Assembly (NCBI GenBank): GCA_041651155.1
Contig: JBAZJU010000008.1
Location: forward strand, 1,932 to 65,931
Reading direction: 5' to 3'
DNA: 64,000 nucleotides
Source: Patescibacteria group bacterium
GTDB taxonomy: Bacteria; Patescibacteriota; Patescibacteriia; CAIXNZ01
Position 1 is the first letter of the stretch; every line of letters starts with the position of its first letter. The notes under the pieces were generated by a model that saw only the letters and a list, made by a program, of their open reading frames with translations, was not told the DNA's origin and did no database searches. The translations under genes were made by a program, and so were the position numbers. Shown here piece after piece: positions 38,403-48,924 of the stretch.

Positions 38403-39926
38403 CTATTTCACCAAGAAATCCAAGGTCTGTTTATACTCCTCAATTACTTTATTTAATTCTTTTACAATTTCTTCAGTTAATTCTTTTTTATCTGCGATTT
38501 GCTTTAATAATTTTTGGGAATTTAATTTTAGATATTTATGAAAACCAGTTTCAAAAATTTGCACTTTTTCTACAGGCACATCATCAAGCAACCCGTTAAT
38601 ACCGGCATAAATAATGGCAATTTCATGTTCAACAGCCATTGGCACGTATTGGTCTTGTTTTAAGATTTCCTGCATGCGCAAACCAAGGTTTAATTGTTTT
38701 TTGGTCGTTTCATCCAAATCAGAGCCAAACTGGGCAAAAGCAGCTATTTCCCGAAATTGAGCCATGTCTAGTTTTAATTTGCCGGCCACTTTTTTCATGG
38801 CCTTAACCTGGGCTGCTGAACCGACGCGCGAAACAGACAAGCCAGTATTTAATGCCGGGCGAATTCCCTGGTAAAAAAGATCCGATTCCAAATATATTTG
38901 GCCGTCAGTTATAGAAATTACATTAGTCGGAATATAGGCAGAAACATCTCCAGCCTGAGTTTCAATGATTGGCAAGGCTGTTAATGAACCGCCGCCATAT
39001 TTGGCATTTAATTTAGCGGCTCTTTCTAATAAGCGGGAATGCAAATAAAAAATATCTCCTGGATATGCTTCACGTCCTGGCGGTCGTCGTAAAAGTAAAG
39101 AAATCTGACGATAAGCCACAGCATGTTTAGAAAGATCATCATAAATGACTAAGACATCCTTACCCTGATCCATAAAATATTCACCCATGGCGCAGCCCGC
39201 ATAAGGCGCAATATATGATAAAGCAGCCGGATCAGAAGCGCCGGTCAGAACCACAATGGTATAATCCATGGCGCCGAATTTTTCCAGTTCAGCCACAATA
39301 CGCGCTACTTTTGATTCTTTTTGCGCAATCGCGACATAAATGCAAATTACATCTTGTCCTTTTTGATTAATAATTGCATCAATCGCAATCGCAGTTTTGC
39401 CTGTCTGTCTGTCGCCAATAATTAGTTCGCGTTGGCCGCGGCCAATTGGAATCATGCTGTCAATGGCTTTGATTCCGGTTTGTAATGGCTGTCTGACTGG
39501 TTCGCGGGTAATTACTCTGGGAGCGATTTTTTCAACAGGATAATTTTTATCGCTTTTAATTTCGCCTTTGCCATCCAAAGCCTTGCCCAAGGGATTAATT
39601 ACCCGGCCAATTAGCTTTTCACCAACAGGCACTGATAGAATCTTGCCGGTAGTTTTAACTTTATTGCCTTCTTTAATTTCCAAATAGTCGCCCAAAATTA
39701 TAGCGCCGACAGTATCTTCCTCCAAATTCAAGGCTAAGCCATAGACAGGCTCTTTCTCTGTCTCAAATTCCAACATTTCAGCAGACATGCAGTCAGCCAA
39801 GCCGGAAATCCTAGCAATGCCATCACCTACCTCAATTACTGAGCCGGTCTTTTCAACTTTAGCTTTGGCTTTAAAATCTTTAATTTGGGTTCTAAGCGCT
39901 TCCAGTACAAAATCTTTTGTAGACAT
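38403..39926 (-). CDS. atpA: ATP synthase F1 alpha subunit
   Basis: [27 protein letters not shown]. Confidence 0.98.
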   Translation of the reverse strand: MSTKDFVLEALRTQIKDFKAKAKVEKTGSVIEVGDGIARISGLADCMSAEMLEFETEKEPVYGLALNLEEDTVGAIILGDYLEIKEGNKVKTTGKILSVPVGEKLIGRVINPLGKALDGKGEIKSDKNYPVEKIAPRVITREPVRQPLQTGIKAIDSMIPIGRGQRELIIGDRQTGKTAIAIDAIINQKGQDVICIYVAIAQKESKVARIVAELEKFGAMDYTIVVLTGASDPAALSYIAPYAGCAMGEYFMDQGKDVLVIYDDLSKHAVAYRQISLLLRRPPGREAYPGDIFYLHSRLLERAAKLNAKYGGGSLTALPIIETQAGDVSAYIPTNVISITDGQIYLESDLFYQGIRPALNTGLSVSRVGSAAQVKAMKKVAGKLKLDMAQFREIAAFAQFGSDLDETTKKQLNLGLRMQEILKQDQYVPMAVEHEIAIIYAGINGLLDDVPVEKVQIFETGFHKYLKLNSQKLLKQIADKKELTEEIVKELNKVIEEYKQTLDFLVK

Positions 39927-39964
39927 ATAATTTAAATATGAATTATGAATTATGAACTATGAAA

Positions 39965-40369
39965 TTATGATTTAAATTGATTCCTTAATAGCTCCAGTCT
40001 GGTCTTTATACTGTCATCATAAATAGTATCACCGATTTTAACAATCAAGCCGCCAAGCAAAGAAGCATCTGTCTGCTCAATAAAATTGATTTTTTTAACG
40101 CCTCTGGATTCCTTGAATTTTTTCTCTAAGCTTTCTTTTATTGCCTTATCAACAGCTTTAGCTGAAAATAATTCCACATCTAAAATTCCTTCCTGTTTTT
40201 TACTATACGTATCAAAAGCTGACACAATCTCATCAGCATTTTTTAAATTTTTATTTTTAACCAGATAACTAAATAAATTCTCAACTTTAAGCTTAATTTG
40301 TTTTTTGTCCAAATCTTTAGTTTCTTCATACAATGCCTGCGCAATTTTTTTAGCTGATATTTTTTTCAT
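39965..40369 (-). CDS. atpH: ATP synthase F1 delta subunit (short)
   Basis: DASLLGGLIVKIGD.IYDDSI; position in the operon. Confidence 0.9.
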   Translation of the reverse strand: MKKISAKKIAQALYEETKDLDKKQIKLKVENLFSYLVKNKNLKNADEIVSAFDTYSKKQEGILDVELFSAKAVDKAIKESLEKKFKESRGVKKINFIEQTDASLLGGLIVKIGDTIYDDSIKTRLELLRNQFKS

Positions 40370-40386
40370 AAAATGGCTTTATGGCC

Positions 40387-40893
40387 TTATGGCTTAACGC
40401 CAATATCTTTTACCGCCTCATTAATTATTTTCTTATCAATTTCTTTGTTTAGTTCCACGGACAAAACTTTTTTTGTCGCCGCAACCACCAAATCACCTAT
40501 TTCAGCCTTGACCTCGCCAACCATTTTGTCTTTTTCACTGGCTAATTGTATTTTCCCGCTGGCCACTAATTTTTCAATCTCTCCTTTGGCTTGACTTATC
40601 ATCTGTCTTTTATTGTTTTCAGCTTCCTGGCTGGCTTTTTCTAAAATTAATTCCGATTCTTTTTTTGCTGCGTTTAAAGTTTTCAATCTGTCTCTTTCAG
40701 CCTGAGCCAGTTTTTCTTCAAAATTTTTGGCATCTTTCAGGCCATTTTCAATCTTAGCAGTTCTTTCTCTCATTATTTTCATTAAAGGTTTGAGCGCAAA
40801 AAACCACAAAACCACGGCCACTATCAAAAAATTAACTAATTGGGCAATAATAAGCTTTAAGTCCAGATGAAATGTTTGTATTAATGAATTCAT
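40387..40893 (-). CDS. atpF: ATP synthase Fo b subunit
   Basis: QLVNFLI...KPL..IM.ER...I, coiled coil. Confidence 0.95.
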   Translation of the reverse strand: MNSLIQTFHLDLKLIIAQLVNFLIVAVVLWFFALKPLMKIMRERTAKIENGLKDAKNFEEKLAQAERDRLKTLNAAKKESELILEKASQEAENNKRQMISQAKGEIEKLVASGKIQLASEKDKMVGEVKAEIGDLVVAATKKVLSVELNKEIDKKIINEAVKDIGVKP

Positions 40894-40924
40894 AATGTTG
40901 ATAAATAATAATAGAAAACTTATT

Positions 40925-41005
40925 ACTACAGATTACAGATATTTACAGATTTACAAATTTTTGAGATTTTCATTAGTATTTCTGTATGAATCTGTAATCT
41001 GTAGT
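40925..41005. repeat. gene-less heptamer inverted-array element
   Basis: ACTACAGATTACAGAT...ATCTGTAATCTGTAGT, perfect 16-bp terminal inverted repeat, 81 bp. Confidence 0.85.
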
Positions 41006-41060
41006 CAAAATAATTACTTGCTCAAGGAGGCAAATTTTGTCTCCTTGGTGTAAATAATCA

Positions 41061-41318
<258 letters not shown>

Positions 41319-41410
41319 TTAAAGTCGTTCGCCAGCAGAATTAAGAATTAAAAGTTAAAAACTAAGTTATTCCCTAATTCTTAATTCTAAATTCTTAATT
41401 CTAAATAATT

Positions 41411-42292
41411 TCAATGCTCTTCTTTAGTAGTTGCAATCGTCATATAAACCAGAGTCAAAATCGCAAAAATTAAAGCTTGAATCATACCTACAACTAATTC
41501 TAAGAACATAAAAGGTATTGGCACCAAAAACGCGAACAAAGCTGCCATGGATGCCAAAAGCACTTCGCCTGCAAAAATATTACCAAAAAGACGAAATGAC
41601 AGCGAAGCAACCTTGGCAATCTCGCCTATTATTTCCACCAAGCCCACAAAGGCCTTAATTGGATTAACCAAAACTACGGTCGGTTCTTTAATTATCTTCT
41701 TGGGAATCTCTAAAAATGCTTTAATATTGATAAATTTATTAACGTAAGTCCACGTCCCGACCATGATCATGCCTACTATATTAGCGCCGATAACTGAGAA
41801 TAACGCCAAGGCCAATGTTGTATTTAAATCAGCCGTGCCGCCGCGAAAAAATGGAATGAAAACCTTATGGCCTTCTTCCAGCGCGTAAAAACCGATTGAA
41901 CCAATACCAGGCAATAGGCCGAGCCAATTATTCAATAAAATAAAAACAAATAACGCGAAAACAATGGGGAAAAATTTTAAAGTTTTTTCTCGGCTGCCAG
42001 TAACTGAATCACATAAATCTAAGGCTCCTTCCACAATAATTTCCATGGCATTCTGAATTCCTTTTGGTATTTTTTTTATTTTCCAATGCAGGACCAAAGA
42101 AACAATAACTACAATCATCACTACCAACCAGCTATTTAACAGCGAATTAGTCACCGTAAATCCGCCTAAATTAAAAACCGGCTCAGCAAATAAAGTCGGC
42201 TTTTCTCCAGTGCTAGCCTGGGCTTCACTAGTTGCAGCCGCATTATTTTCAAAATCAAATATATTTTGTCCTTGTTCACTATTTTCGGTCAT
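41411..42292 (-). CDS. atpB: ATP synthase Fo a subunit
   Basis: TADLNTT, SLSFRLFGNIFAGE, IQALIF. Confidence 0.96.
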   Translation of the reverse strand: MTENSEQGQNIFDFENNAAATSEAQASTGEKPTLFAEPVFNLGGFTVTNSLLNSWLVVMIVVIVSLVLHWKIKKIPKGIQNAMEIIVEGALDLCDSVTGSREKTLKFFPIVFALFVFILLNNWLGLLPGIGSIGFYALEEGHKVFIPFFRGGTADLNTTLALALFSVIGANIVGMIMVGTWTYVNKFINIKAFLEIPKKIIKEPTVVLVNPIKAFVGLVEIIGEIAKVASLSFRLFGNIFAGEVLLASMAALFAFLVPIPFMFLELVVGMIQALIFAILTLVYMTIATTKEEH

Positions 42293-42569
42293 CTTTTTTA
42301 TTTATTTCTTTATTATTGAATTTTTCCATTTGCTTAATCGCCCCTGTCGCTTCTTTAACCATGCCAAACATGGAAATCGTAAAAGCCACAATCACCGTGG
42401 CTAAAAATAACCAGGGCTTGGTATTGAATCTCTGATCCAGCCATCTGCCTAAAAATACCCCGATTATAATCGGCGCTACAATCCAGCCGCTTAACTGAAC
42501 AAAGATAGTAATTCCTGGCTGCCACCAGGGTACATTTACTTTTTGCTCTATTTTCTTTTCATCTTCCAT
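42279..42569 (-). CDS. AtpZ/AtpI family protein
   Basis: G..LG.WLD..F.T.PW motif, first gene of the atp operon; likely start MEDEKK. Confidence 0.85.
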   Translation of the reverse strand: MEDEKKIEQKVNVPWWQPGITIFVQLSGWIVAPIIIGVFLGRWLDQRFNTKPWLFLATVIVAFTISMFGMVKEATGAIKQMEKFNNKEINKKDDRK

Positions 42570-42794
42570 CTTCTTTTTTCTTAATTCTAAAGTCTGCATT
42601 CTAAATAAAAAAAGCTCCTCACGAGTCTTATGTTTTTACCTAAAATAGTTTTCCACAATTTTAGGATTCACTCCTAATTTTATAACAAAAAGAAGAAAAA
42701 ATCAAGCCTCCTGAAAAATTATCCCCACAAATTTGCAAAAAATCTTCGGCTTAAAATTTTAAAAGGCTAATTTTAGCCAAATTATAAGTAATAT

Positions 42795-43670
42795 TTATAG
42801 TTTAAATAAATTGCTTGCGTTCTCAAAGGTGGCCCTTTCAACTTCTTCAAACGTCATTTGTTTTAAATCAGCAATTTTCTGCACAACATATTGCACATAA
42901 GAAGGTTCATTTCTCTGTCCGCGATAAGGCTCTGGCGCCAAAAATGGCGCGTCTGTTTCCACTAAAATTTTATCTAAGGCAATCTCACTAGCTATCTGCT
43001 GTAATTCTTTGGCATTTTTAAAAGTCACAATGCCAGTAAACCCAATATAAAATCCTAAATCAATAAATTTTAAAGCCTGATCTAATGTCCCGCCAAAACA
43101 ATGAACAACTCCCCTTTTCCCGTCTGAACGCCAATCGCCAAGTACCAATTCCAAAACTTCCAGCATTGTATTATAAGCGCCATAAGGATCTTTTTCCTCG
43201 CCTCGGCAATGCAAAATTAATGGCAAGTCAGTTTCTTTGGCTAAATTAATAAATTCGCGAAAAATATTTATCTGCATTTCTTTAACTTCAGTGAGCGGAT
43301 GTTTAGAATCTGCTAAACGGAAAAAATCCAAACCAGTTTCACCCAAGCCCACTACCCTATCGCTTGATTTGGCTAATTCCAAATATTTATTATAATTAAA
43401 TTTTTCTCTGGGAGTAAAAAAAACAGTTTCTTTGCCATCAAATTCAGATCTTTCTTCTATATCTTTAATTAAGTGGATTGGATGCACACCAACAGCAGCC
43501 CAAACCCCCAAGCCAAATTTATTCGCAATTTCTACTGCTTTTTGGCTAGATTCATAATTAGAACCAACATTAATCAGCCAGGTTTTATTATCTAAAGAAC
43601 GCTGAATTACCTCATTTAATTCAGCGTCGTATTCTTTAAAATTTATATGCGCGTGCGAATCAATAAGCAT
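42795..43670 (-). CDS. tatD: TatD family nuclease
   Basis: IDSHAH, GVHP, GETGLD, LHCR, VHCF, ETDAPFL. Confidence 0.93.
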   Translation of the reverse strand: MLIDSHAHINFKEYDAELNEVIQRSLDNKTWLINVGSNYESSQKAVEIANKFGLGVWAAVGVHPIHLIKDIEERSEFDGKETVFFTPREKFNYNKYLELAKSSDRVVGLGETGLDFFRLADSKHPLTEVKEMQINIFREFINLAKETDLPLILHCRGEEKDPYGAYNTMLEVLELVLGDWRSDGKRGVVHCFGGTLDQALKFIDLGFYIGFTGIVTFKNAKELQQIASEIALDKILVETDAPFLAPEPYRGQRNEPSYVQYVVQKIADLKQMTFEEVERATFENASNLFKL

Positions 43671-43673
43671 AGG

Positions 43674-43754
43674 CTACAGATTACGGATAAATACAAATTT
43701 ACAGATAAATATAACTTTATAATTCGTATATCTGTACAAATCTGTAATCTGTAG
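43674..43754. repeat. gene-less heptamer inverted-array element
   Basis: CTACAGATTACGGAT...ATCTGTAATCTGTAG; same termini and length as 40925-41005. Confidence 0.85.
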
Positions 43755-43756
43755 AA

Positions 43757-44266
43757 TTAAATTACAGAATGAATCTGCCTTAATAATTCTGGCAGCATCA
43801 GCTGGAGGATCTTTGAGGTTGTAATAAACCAAGGCGCGACTGTGGAAGCTTCCAAAACAGAAGTAAACCAATCTGACAAAGGGAATCGAGCTATGATAAA
43901 TAAAGATAGGCCAATAACTAAGACCCCTTCAAAAAACCCCAAAATACCGCCGAACAAGCGATTTATTGTTTTTAAAAAAGGGATTATTGTCAAAAAATTA
44001 AAAATTTTATTCAGCACATAAAAAGCAAAACCGATTAAGCGATTTAAAATAATAAAAATGAAAATAAAAGCAAAAATACGCATCAAATTCGGATGGCCAA
44101 AAATTGATTCCAACCAGCTGCCCAATGGTTCAAACCACAGTCCGGCGAAAAAAGCCCCGGCAAATGTGCCGATAATCGCGCCTAGAGTATGAATTAACCC
44201 AAACCATAAGCCAAACATCACAAATCCACCCAAGAGTATTAACAAAACAACATCAAATATTGTCAT
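43757..44266 (-). CDS. CvpA family membrane protein
   Basis: FD..L..L.....G...GLI, INRLFGGILG. Confidence 0.85.
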   Translation of the reverse strand: MTIFDVVLLILLGGFVMFGLWFGLIHTLGAIIGTFAGAFFAGLWFEPLGSWLESIFGHPNLMRIFAFIFIFIILNRLIGFAFYVLNKIFNFLTIIPFLKTINRLFGGILGFFEGVLVIGLSLFIIARFPLSDWFTSVLEASTVAPWFITTSKILQLMLPELLRQIHSVI

Positions 44267-44332
44267 AAAATTGAGTTATTAAATGATTTTATATTTATAG
44301 TCTGCAGCTCTGCTTTGCAGAACAGAGGACTA

Positions 44333-44362
44333 CTCGTAGTCCGAAGCTTTAGCGAAGGACTA
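44333..44362 (+). repeat. 30-nt hairpin element
   Basis: CTCGTAGTCCGAAGCTTTAGCGAAGGACTA. Confidence 0.8.
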
Positions 44363-44443
44363 CATCCACTCCTTCATGAACCAATAAAGCAAGACCAAAA
44401 CCAAAACAATCAAAAAATAAATATAAAATGGGACGTGCACCAT
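44360..44443 (-). CDS. putative 27-aa hydrophobic peptide
   Basis: MVHVPFYIYFLIVLVLVLLYWFMKEWM; its stop codon lies in the 30-nt element. Confidence 0.4.
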   Translation of the reverse strand: MVHVPFYIYFLIVLVLVLLYWFMKEWM

Positions 44444-44513
44444 ATTTTTTTATTAAAAAATTGCTTTAATAAGCTGTTTTTATTATACCTCAATTCATTT
44501 TTTAAATAAAGTC

Positions 44514-44542
44514 TTGACATTTTTAAGCAGATTTTTTATAAT
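44514..44542 (+). promoter_or_regulatory. perfect-consensus sigma70 promoter
   Basis: TTGACA (44514-44519), 17 bp, TATAAT (44537-44542). Confidence 0.85.
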
Positions 44543-44586
44543 ACAATTAATTTGTAAAATCTACCAAAAAAGGAGGACGCCAAGAA

Positions 44587-44670
44587 ATGAAAGCCAAACG
44601 AGGGGGCATTCCGTTAAATCCGGAAGACGAAGAAGAAGAACAAAAAAAACAAGAACCCGAAGAATATTAA
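44587..44670 (+). CDS. 27-aa small ORF
   Basis: AGGAGG RBS; MKAKRGGIPLNPEDEEEEQKKQEPEEY; lies between the consensus promoter and a terminator. Confidence 0.6.
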   Translation: MKAKRGGIPLNPEDEEEEQKKQEPEEY

Positions 44671-44712
44671 TTCAAACCCCTTAACTCAACATTTTCATTT
44701 CCAAGAACCAAC

Positions 44713-44742
44713 AAGCTGCGCCTAGGCGCAGCTTCTTTTTTT
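44713..44742 (+). terminator. intrinsic terminator
   Basis: AAGCTGCGCC-TA-GGCGCAGCTT-CTTTTTTT. Confidence 0.85.
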
Positions 44743-44745
44743 AAA

Positions 44746-46296
44746 TTATTCTAATCTTGGAAATAAGGCTGAACCTTTTTTAATTTTCTGACCCAAAGGC
44801 AGACTCGCCCAGGTTCTCAATTCTTCAATAGACTTTTTTTCTTCTTTGGCAGGATCAAAACCTAACTGGCTTAAGATTTCATTGCCGGTTTGAGGCATAA
44901 ACGGCCAGATCATGATTGCTGTCTGGCGCAAGGTTTCTAAAAGATTATACATTACGTCAACTAATACCTTGGGATTGCTCTTTGCCAGTTCCCAGGGTTT
45001 TTCCTTATCAATGTAAGCATTGCAACGCCTGATATTTTCCCAGGCAACGTTCAGAGCTTCGTCAAACTTTAAATTCCTCAGGAAAAAGTCATATCTGTCC
45101 CAGTCTGTTTTTAAATCAAAAGCAAAAAATTTGTCATAATCAACATTGTATTTTGGCACCACGCTATTATTATATTTTTCAGACATGGACAGCACTCGCG
45201 AAAGCAGATTGCCAAATTCATTAGCCAGGGCAGAATTATACTGTTGGTCTAATCTGGCTTTATTAAAATCACCGTCAGTCCCAAAGCCAAACTGCGATAA
45301 AAGCAGATACCTGGTGGCATCAGTGCCATATTTGGCGATTAATTCCTCAGGCAAAATCACATTGCCAATTGTCTTACTCATTTTCTGGCCATCCACAGTA
45401 AAAAATCCATGGGCAAAAACTATTTTTGGCAAAGGCAATTTTAAGGCCAAAAGCATGGCAGGCCAAATCACTGCGTGGAATTTTAAAATATCTTTAGCCA
45501 TTAAATGTACATTGGCAGGCCAGAATTTTTTATATAATTTTCCTTTTGGGCCGCCCAGGGCAGAGACATAATTTATTAAAGCATCAAACCAGACATAAAC
45601 TACTTGCTTTTCATCAAACGGCAATTTAATCCCCCATTTTACCTGTTCGCGTGAAATGGAAACGTCTTTTAAGCCAGTATTAATCAAACCCAAAATTTCA
45701 TTTTTTCTTGATTCAGGCATGATTAATAATTCATTTTTTTCAATCAGCTCTTTTAATTTTTGCCCGTAATCAGAAAGCCTGAAAAACCAGTTTTTTTCCT
45801 TAATCATCTGGCAGACTTTCTGGTGATCAACGCATTTATCATCAACTAATTCACTCTCAGTTTTGAATGATTCACAACCAACACAATACAAGCCTTCATA
45901 TTCCTTCTCATACAAGCAGTCATTGCCTAAAGGAGTTTTGGCTTTTTTCAGCTGCTTTAAAAATTCCACTACAACTTTCTTATGCCTGCTTTCAGTTGTG
46001 CGGATAAAATCATTATTGGAAATATCCAGGCTATCCCAGACAAGCTGAAATTTAGCTGCTTCCATATCAACAAATTCTTGCGGGCTCATGTTGTTCCTCT
46101 CTGCTGCCTGCGCTATTTTTGCTCCATGTTCATCTGTGCCTGCTAAAAAATAGACGTTGTCAGCGCCTAAAAGCATGCGATGATAGCGCGCTAAAACATC
46201 TGCGGCAATTGTGGTATAGGCATGCCCAATATGTGGCACATCATTCACATAATAAATCGGCGTGGTTACGTAAAATGTTTCTTGTTTTTTCGGCAT
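44746..46296 (-). CDS. metG: methionine--tRNA ligase
   Basis: TTPIYYVN..HIGH, GTDEHG, YVWFDAL, KMSKT. Confidence 0.97.
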   Translation of the reverse strand: MPKKQETFYVTTPIYYVNDVPHIGHAYTTIAADVLARYHRMLLGADNVYFLAGTDEHGAKIAQAAERNNMSPQEFVDMEAAKFQLVWDSLDISNNDFIRTTESRHKKVVVEFLKQLKKAKTPLGNDCLYEKEYEGLYCVGCESFKTESELVDDKCVDHQKVCQMIKEKNWFFRLSDYGQKLKELIEKNELLIMPESRKNEILGLINTGLKDVSISREQVKWGIKLPFDEKQVVYVWFDALINYVSALGGPKGKLYKKFWPANVHLMAKDILKFHAVIWPAMLLALKLPLPKIVFAHGFFTVDGQKMSKTIGNVILPEELIAKYGTDATRYLLLSQFGFGTDGDFNKARLDQQYNSALANEFGNLLSRVLSMSEKYNNSVVPKYNVDYDKFFAFDLKTDWDRYDFFLRNLKFDEALNVAWENIRRCNAYIDKEKPWELAKSNPKVLVDVMYNLLETLRQTAIMIWPFMPQTGNEILSQLGFDPAKEEKKSIEELRTWASLPLGQKIKKGSALFPRLE

Positions 46297-46386
46297 AATA
46301 AAAATTTTTATACCCTGCTTTAGCAGGATAATAGCCCACTAAAGTGGGGTGTAAATTATGATAATTTAAAAATCAAAAATAAAATT

Positions 46387-46779
46387 TTATCTTTTCCATT
46401 CTTTAATATCCGGGGAAAAATCTAATTGATAATCGGGAATACCTAAAGAAATCCCATATTTAGTTACCTCGTCATATTCAGCTTTTTCACTGCGATTAAC
46501 TTTAAAAACTTTATCTCTAAAAATAATATAATGAAATTGATCGTTTTTAAAATCAGCATACCAATTCCCATGACTTATATCCAATGATTGACTAATCTTT
46601 TCTGCAATCTCCTGAATCTCATTTTCCGGAATTTCAACGGTATGCAATGTCCATTGTTTAAGATGAGGAGTATGATGTTCTTCGGTTACAGTTTCAATTT
46701 TAGTATCCAAAATTTTGACTTTTTCCAAAATGTCTTTATTAATTAAACTTTCTTCAATTATTGTACCCTGAAAATTCAT
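46387..46779 (-). CDS. hypothetical protein
   Basis: G.IIEESL, WTLH, WYADF, GIP.YQLDF. Confidence 0.8.
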   Translation of the reverse strand: MNFQGTIIEESLINKDILEKVKILDTKIETVTEEHHTPHLKQWTLHTVEIPENEIQEIAEKISQSLDISHGNWYADFKNDQFHYIIFRDKVFKVNRSEKAEYDEVTKYGISLGIPDYQLDFSPDIKEWKR

Positions 46780-46785
46780 ATTATT

Positions 46786-47130
46786 TTATTTTTTATTAAT
46801 AGATAATCTTTTAGTAATTTTACTAATAGCTAGCAATAAAAAGAAAATTGGTACTGCAAAAATTAAAAAATCTATTATAAAAATAAAAACATTTATATGT
46901 GTATTACCCCATGCATTATTTCCAAATTCTAATGGATAGCCTCGATAAGACGTGGCGCAATCTAGGCAAGAGAAGTGCGTAAGGCCAGTTGTCGGATCAT
47001 ATTGAGACACTCCTGTTGAAAATTCAAAATTTAACTCAAAAATCATTATCGCCGAAGCAATTAATAAAGATATTATTAAAATTAAATAATTCTTTTTAAA
47101 AAAATTTTCTTTTGATAAATTTTGATTCAT
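46786..47130 (-). CDS. two-TM hypothetical protein
   Basis: Two hydrophobic segments flanking a CxxC loop and GYPL. Confidence 0.65.
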   Translation of the reverse strand: MNQNLSKENFFKKNYLILIISLLIASAIMIFELNFEFSTGVSQYDPTTGLTHFSCLDCATSYRGYPLEFGNNAWGNTHINVFIFIIDFLIFAVPIFFLLLAISKITKRLSINKK

Positions 47131-47159
47131 AGTTTTAATGTTAAAAATTTAAGTTTAAA

Positions 47160-48086
47160 TTATATTATTTTATTTTTTAAACTTACGACATTTTTATTTA
47201 ATTCCTCATCTGCAGGTAATCCATATTTTTTCCTAAAATTAATAATTCTTATTAAATTTTCTTCATCTGCCGAAGCATTTATTTTTGCCAAATTATTCAG
47301 AGCGCCTTTGCCTAGAGACATTATTAATTTAGCAATTTTTTCTATTCCACCATTGAAATAGACCCTTATAAACTCACGTATGATAGGCTCTTCACTTTCA
47401 TAAATAGTGCTATTAAGCATGGCAAGTTTTCGACATAAATCAAAAAATAAATTTTCAAAACTTTTATAACAATCAAATTTTTCTTTGTTGCTTAAATTTT
47501 CAATTGCTAAAGACGGAGCAGAAACTGGAAGCTCTATTTTATCTTTAACATAATCAAAATAACATACATTCGTTAAAAAAACAGTCATTGCTTCGTTTAA
47601 GCCTTGGAAGTCAGGCTCATTTAAATCCACCCTCAGCCCAACTTTTAAATTTTTCAACTCAAATTGTTCTTTATTCCTTTTAATTCTTGTTTTTTGATTA
47701 GAACTGGCATGAAGTAATTCATGGCAAAATATCATTAATTTTGTTAATTCATCCCATTTTTTGTACCGTTGTTCATTTACATAAATCCCTCCGCTCCTGT
47801 AAAAAGCTCCTACTTGCTCATTAGATTCTTTAATAAAATCTTCGCGTGGCAATAGATGCAGCATTTCTAATTTAATATCCAGTGGTTTTACCCCATAATT
47901 ATTTGCCAAGTCAGTAACTATCTCCTTGGCTTTTGTAAAAAATTTTATAAATTGTGGATCTTTTTCCAATTCATTTTCATTTTTTACAGAAGCATACCCT
48001 TCTAAATAATCACTCGCTTCGCTATCAGTCTTTTTTTTACCTTCATCTATTATTTGAATGTTAAATTTTGGTTTTTCTGAATTCAT
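47160..48086 (-). CDS. HExxH zinc-metallopeptidase-like hypothetical protein
   Basis: GAFY, HELLHA, downstream LNEAMT. Confidence 0.6.
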   Translation of the reverse strand: MNSEKPKFNIQIIDEGKKKTDSEASDYLEGYASVKNENELEKDPQFIKFFTKAKEIVTDLANNYGVKPLDIKLEMLHLLPREDFIKESNEQVGAFYRSGGIYVNEQRYKKWDELTKLMIFCHELLHASSNQKTRIKRNKEQFELKNLKVGLRVDLNEPDFQGLNEAMTVFLTNVCYFDYVKDKIELPVSAPSLAIENLSNKEKFDCYKSFENLFFDLCRKLAMLNSTIYESEEPIIREFIRVYFNGGIEKIAKLIMSLGKGALNNLAKINASADEENLIRIINFRKKYGLPADEELNKNVVSLKNKII

Positions 48087-48128
48087 AAATCCTTTAATTT
48101 TTCAGCCTATATTATCTTATTTTTTATT

Positions 48129-48224
48129 GGGCGAAAACGCTCGGTCTTATTCTACCGGCGACTTTAGTCGCCGTTCAACCGCCACTAAAGTGGCGGTTAG
48201 GAAATTGAGAAGGCGTTTTCGCCC
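48129..48224. repeat. hairpin doublet enclosed by a 12-bp inverted repeat
   Basis: GGGCGAAAACGC...GCGTTTTCGCCC enclosing CGGCGACTTTAGTCGCCG and ACCGCCACTAAAGTGGCGGT; related doublet at 46311-46351. Confidence 0.75.
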
Positions 48225-48261
48225 TTCCATATTTCATAATTCAGATCTCAGCTATCAGAAT

Positions 48262-48924
48262 TCATCCCACCACCACCACAAACTCCCCTTTTGTCACCCC
48301 CTTTTCCAGTTCAGCCAAAACCTCAGCAATGCTCCCCCGATAAACTGTTTCAAATTTCTTGGTCAATTCACGACAAACCACAACATGCTTATCCAAACCC
48401 ATTTCTTTTAACTTATTCAAAGTCTTCAAAATCCTGTGTGTTGACTCGTAAAAAACAGAAGTGAATTTATTATTAATGATTTCTTTTAAAATTGTTTCCT
48501 TGCCTTTTTTATGAGGTAAGAATCCATAAAAGACAAATTTATCAGTTGGCAAGCCAGAAATTGATAAGGCAGAAATTGCAGCATTTGCGCCTGGGATTGG
48601 TTCAATTTTTAGTTCTGGAATTTCTTTAAGCACCAATTCAATCAGCTTATTCCCCGGGTCAGAAATTCCTGGCGTACCAGCGTCAGAAACTAAAGCCAGA
48701 TCTTTGCCTTGTTTAAGCAAATCAATTATCTGATTAACCTTAGCCAAGCCAGAATGCTGAAAATAAGAAATTGTTGGAGTTTTAATCCCGTATTTGTCCA
48801 AAAGTATTTTAGTTGTACGCGTATCTTCGCACAAAACAAAATCAACTTCCTTAAGTATTCTTAAGGCTCTTAAACTAATATCTTCCAAATTCCCGATCGG
48901 AGTAGCGACAATATATAATTTCAT
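48262..48924 (-). CDS. rsmI: 16S rRNA (cytidine1402-2'-O)-methyltransferase
   Basis: LYIVATPIGNLEDISLRA, CEDTR, SDAGTPGISDPG, RELTK.FE. Confidence 0.96.
   Translation of the reverse strand: MKLYIVATPIGNLEDISLRALRILKEVDFVLCEDTRTTKILLDKYGIKTPTISYFQHSGLAKVNQIIDLLKQGKDLALVSDAGTPGISDPGNKLIELVLKEIPELKIEPIPGANAAISALSISGLPTDKFVFYGFLPHKKGKETILKEIINNKFTSVFYESTHRILKTLNKLKEMGLDKHVVVCRELTKKFETVYRGSIAEVLAELEKGVTKGEFVVVVG

Noticed and set aside
43674-43871. 65-aa minus-strand ORF and 22299-22517 ORF
   Set aside because: They overlap real genes in another frame and read through repeat elements.
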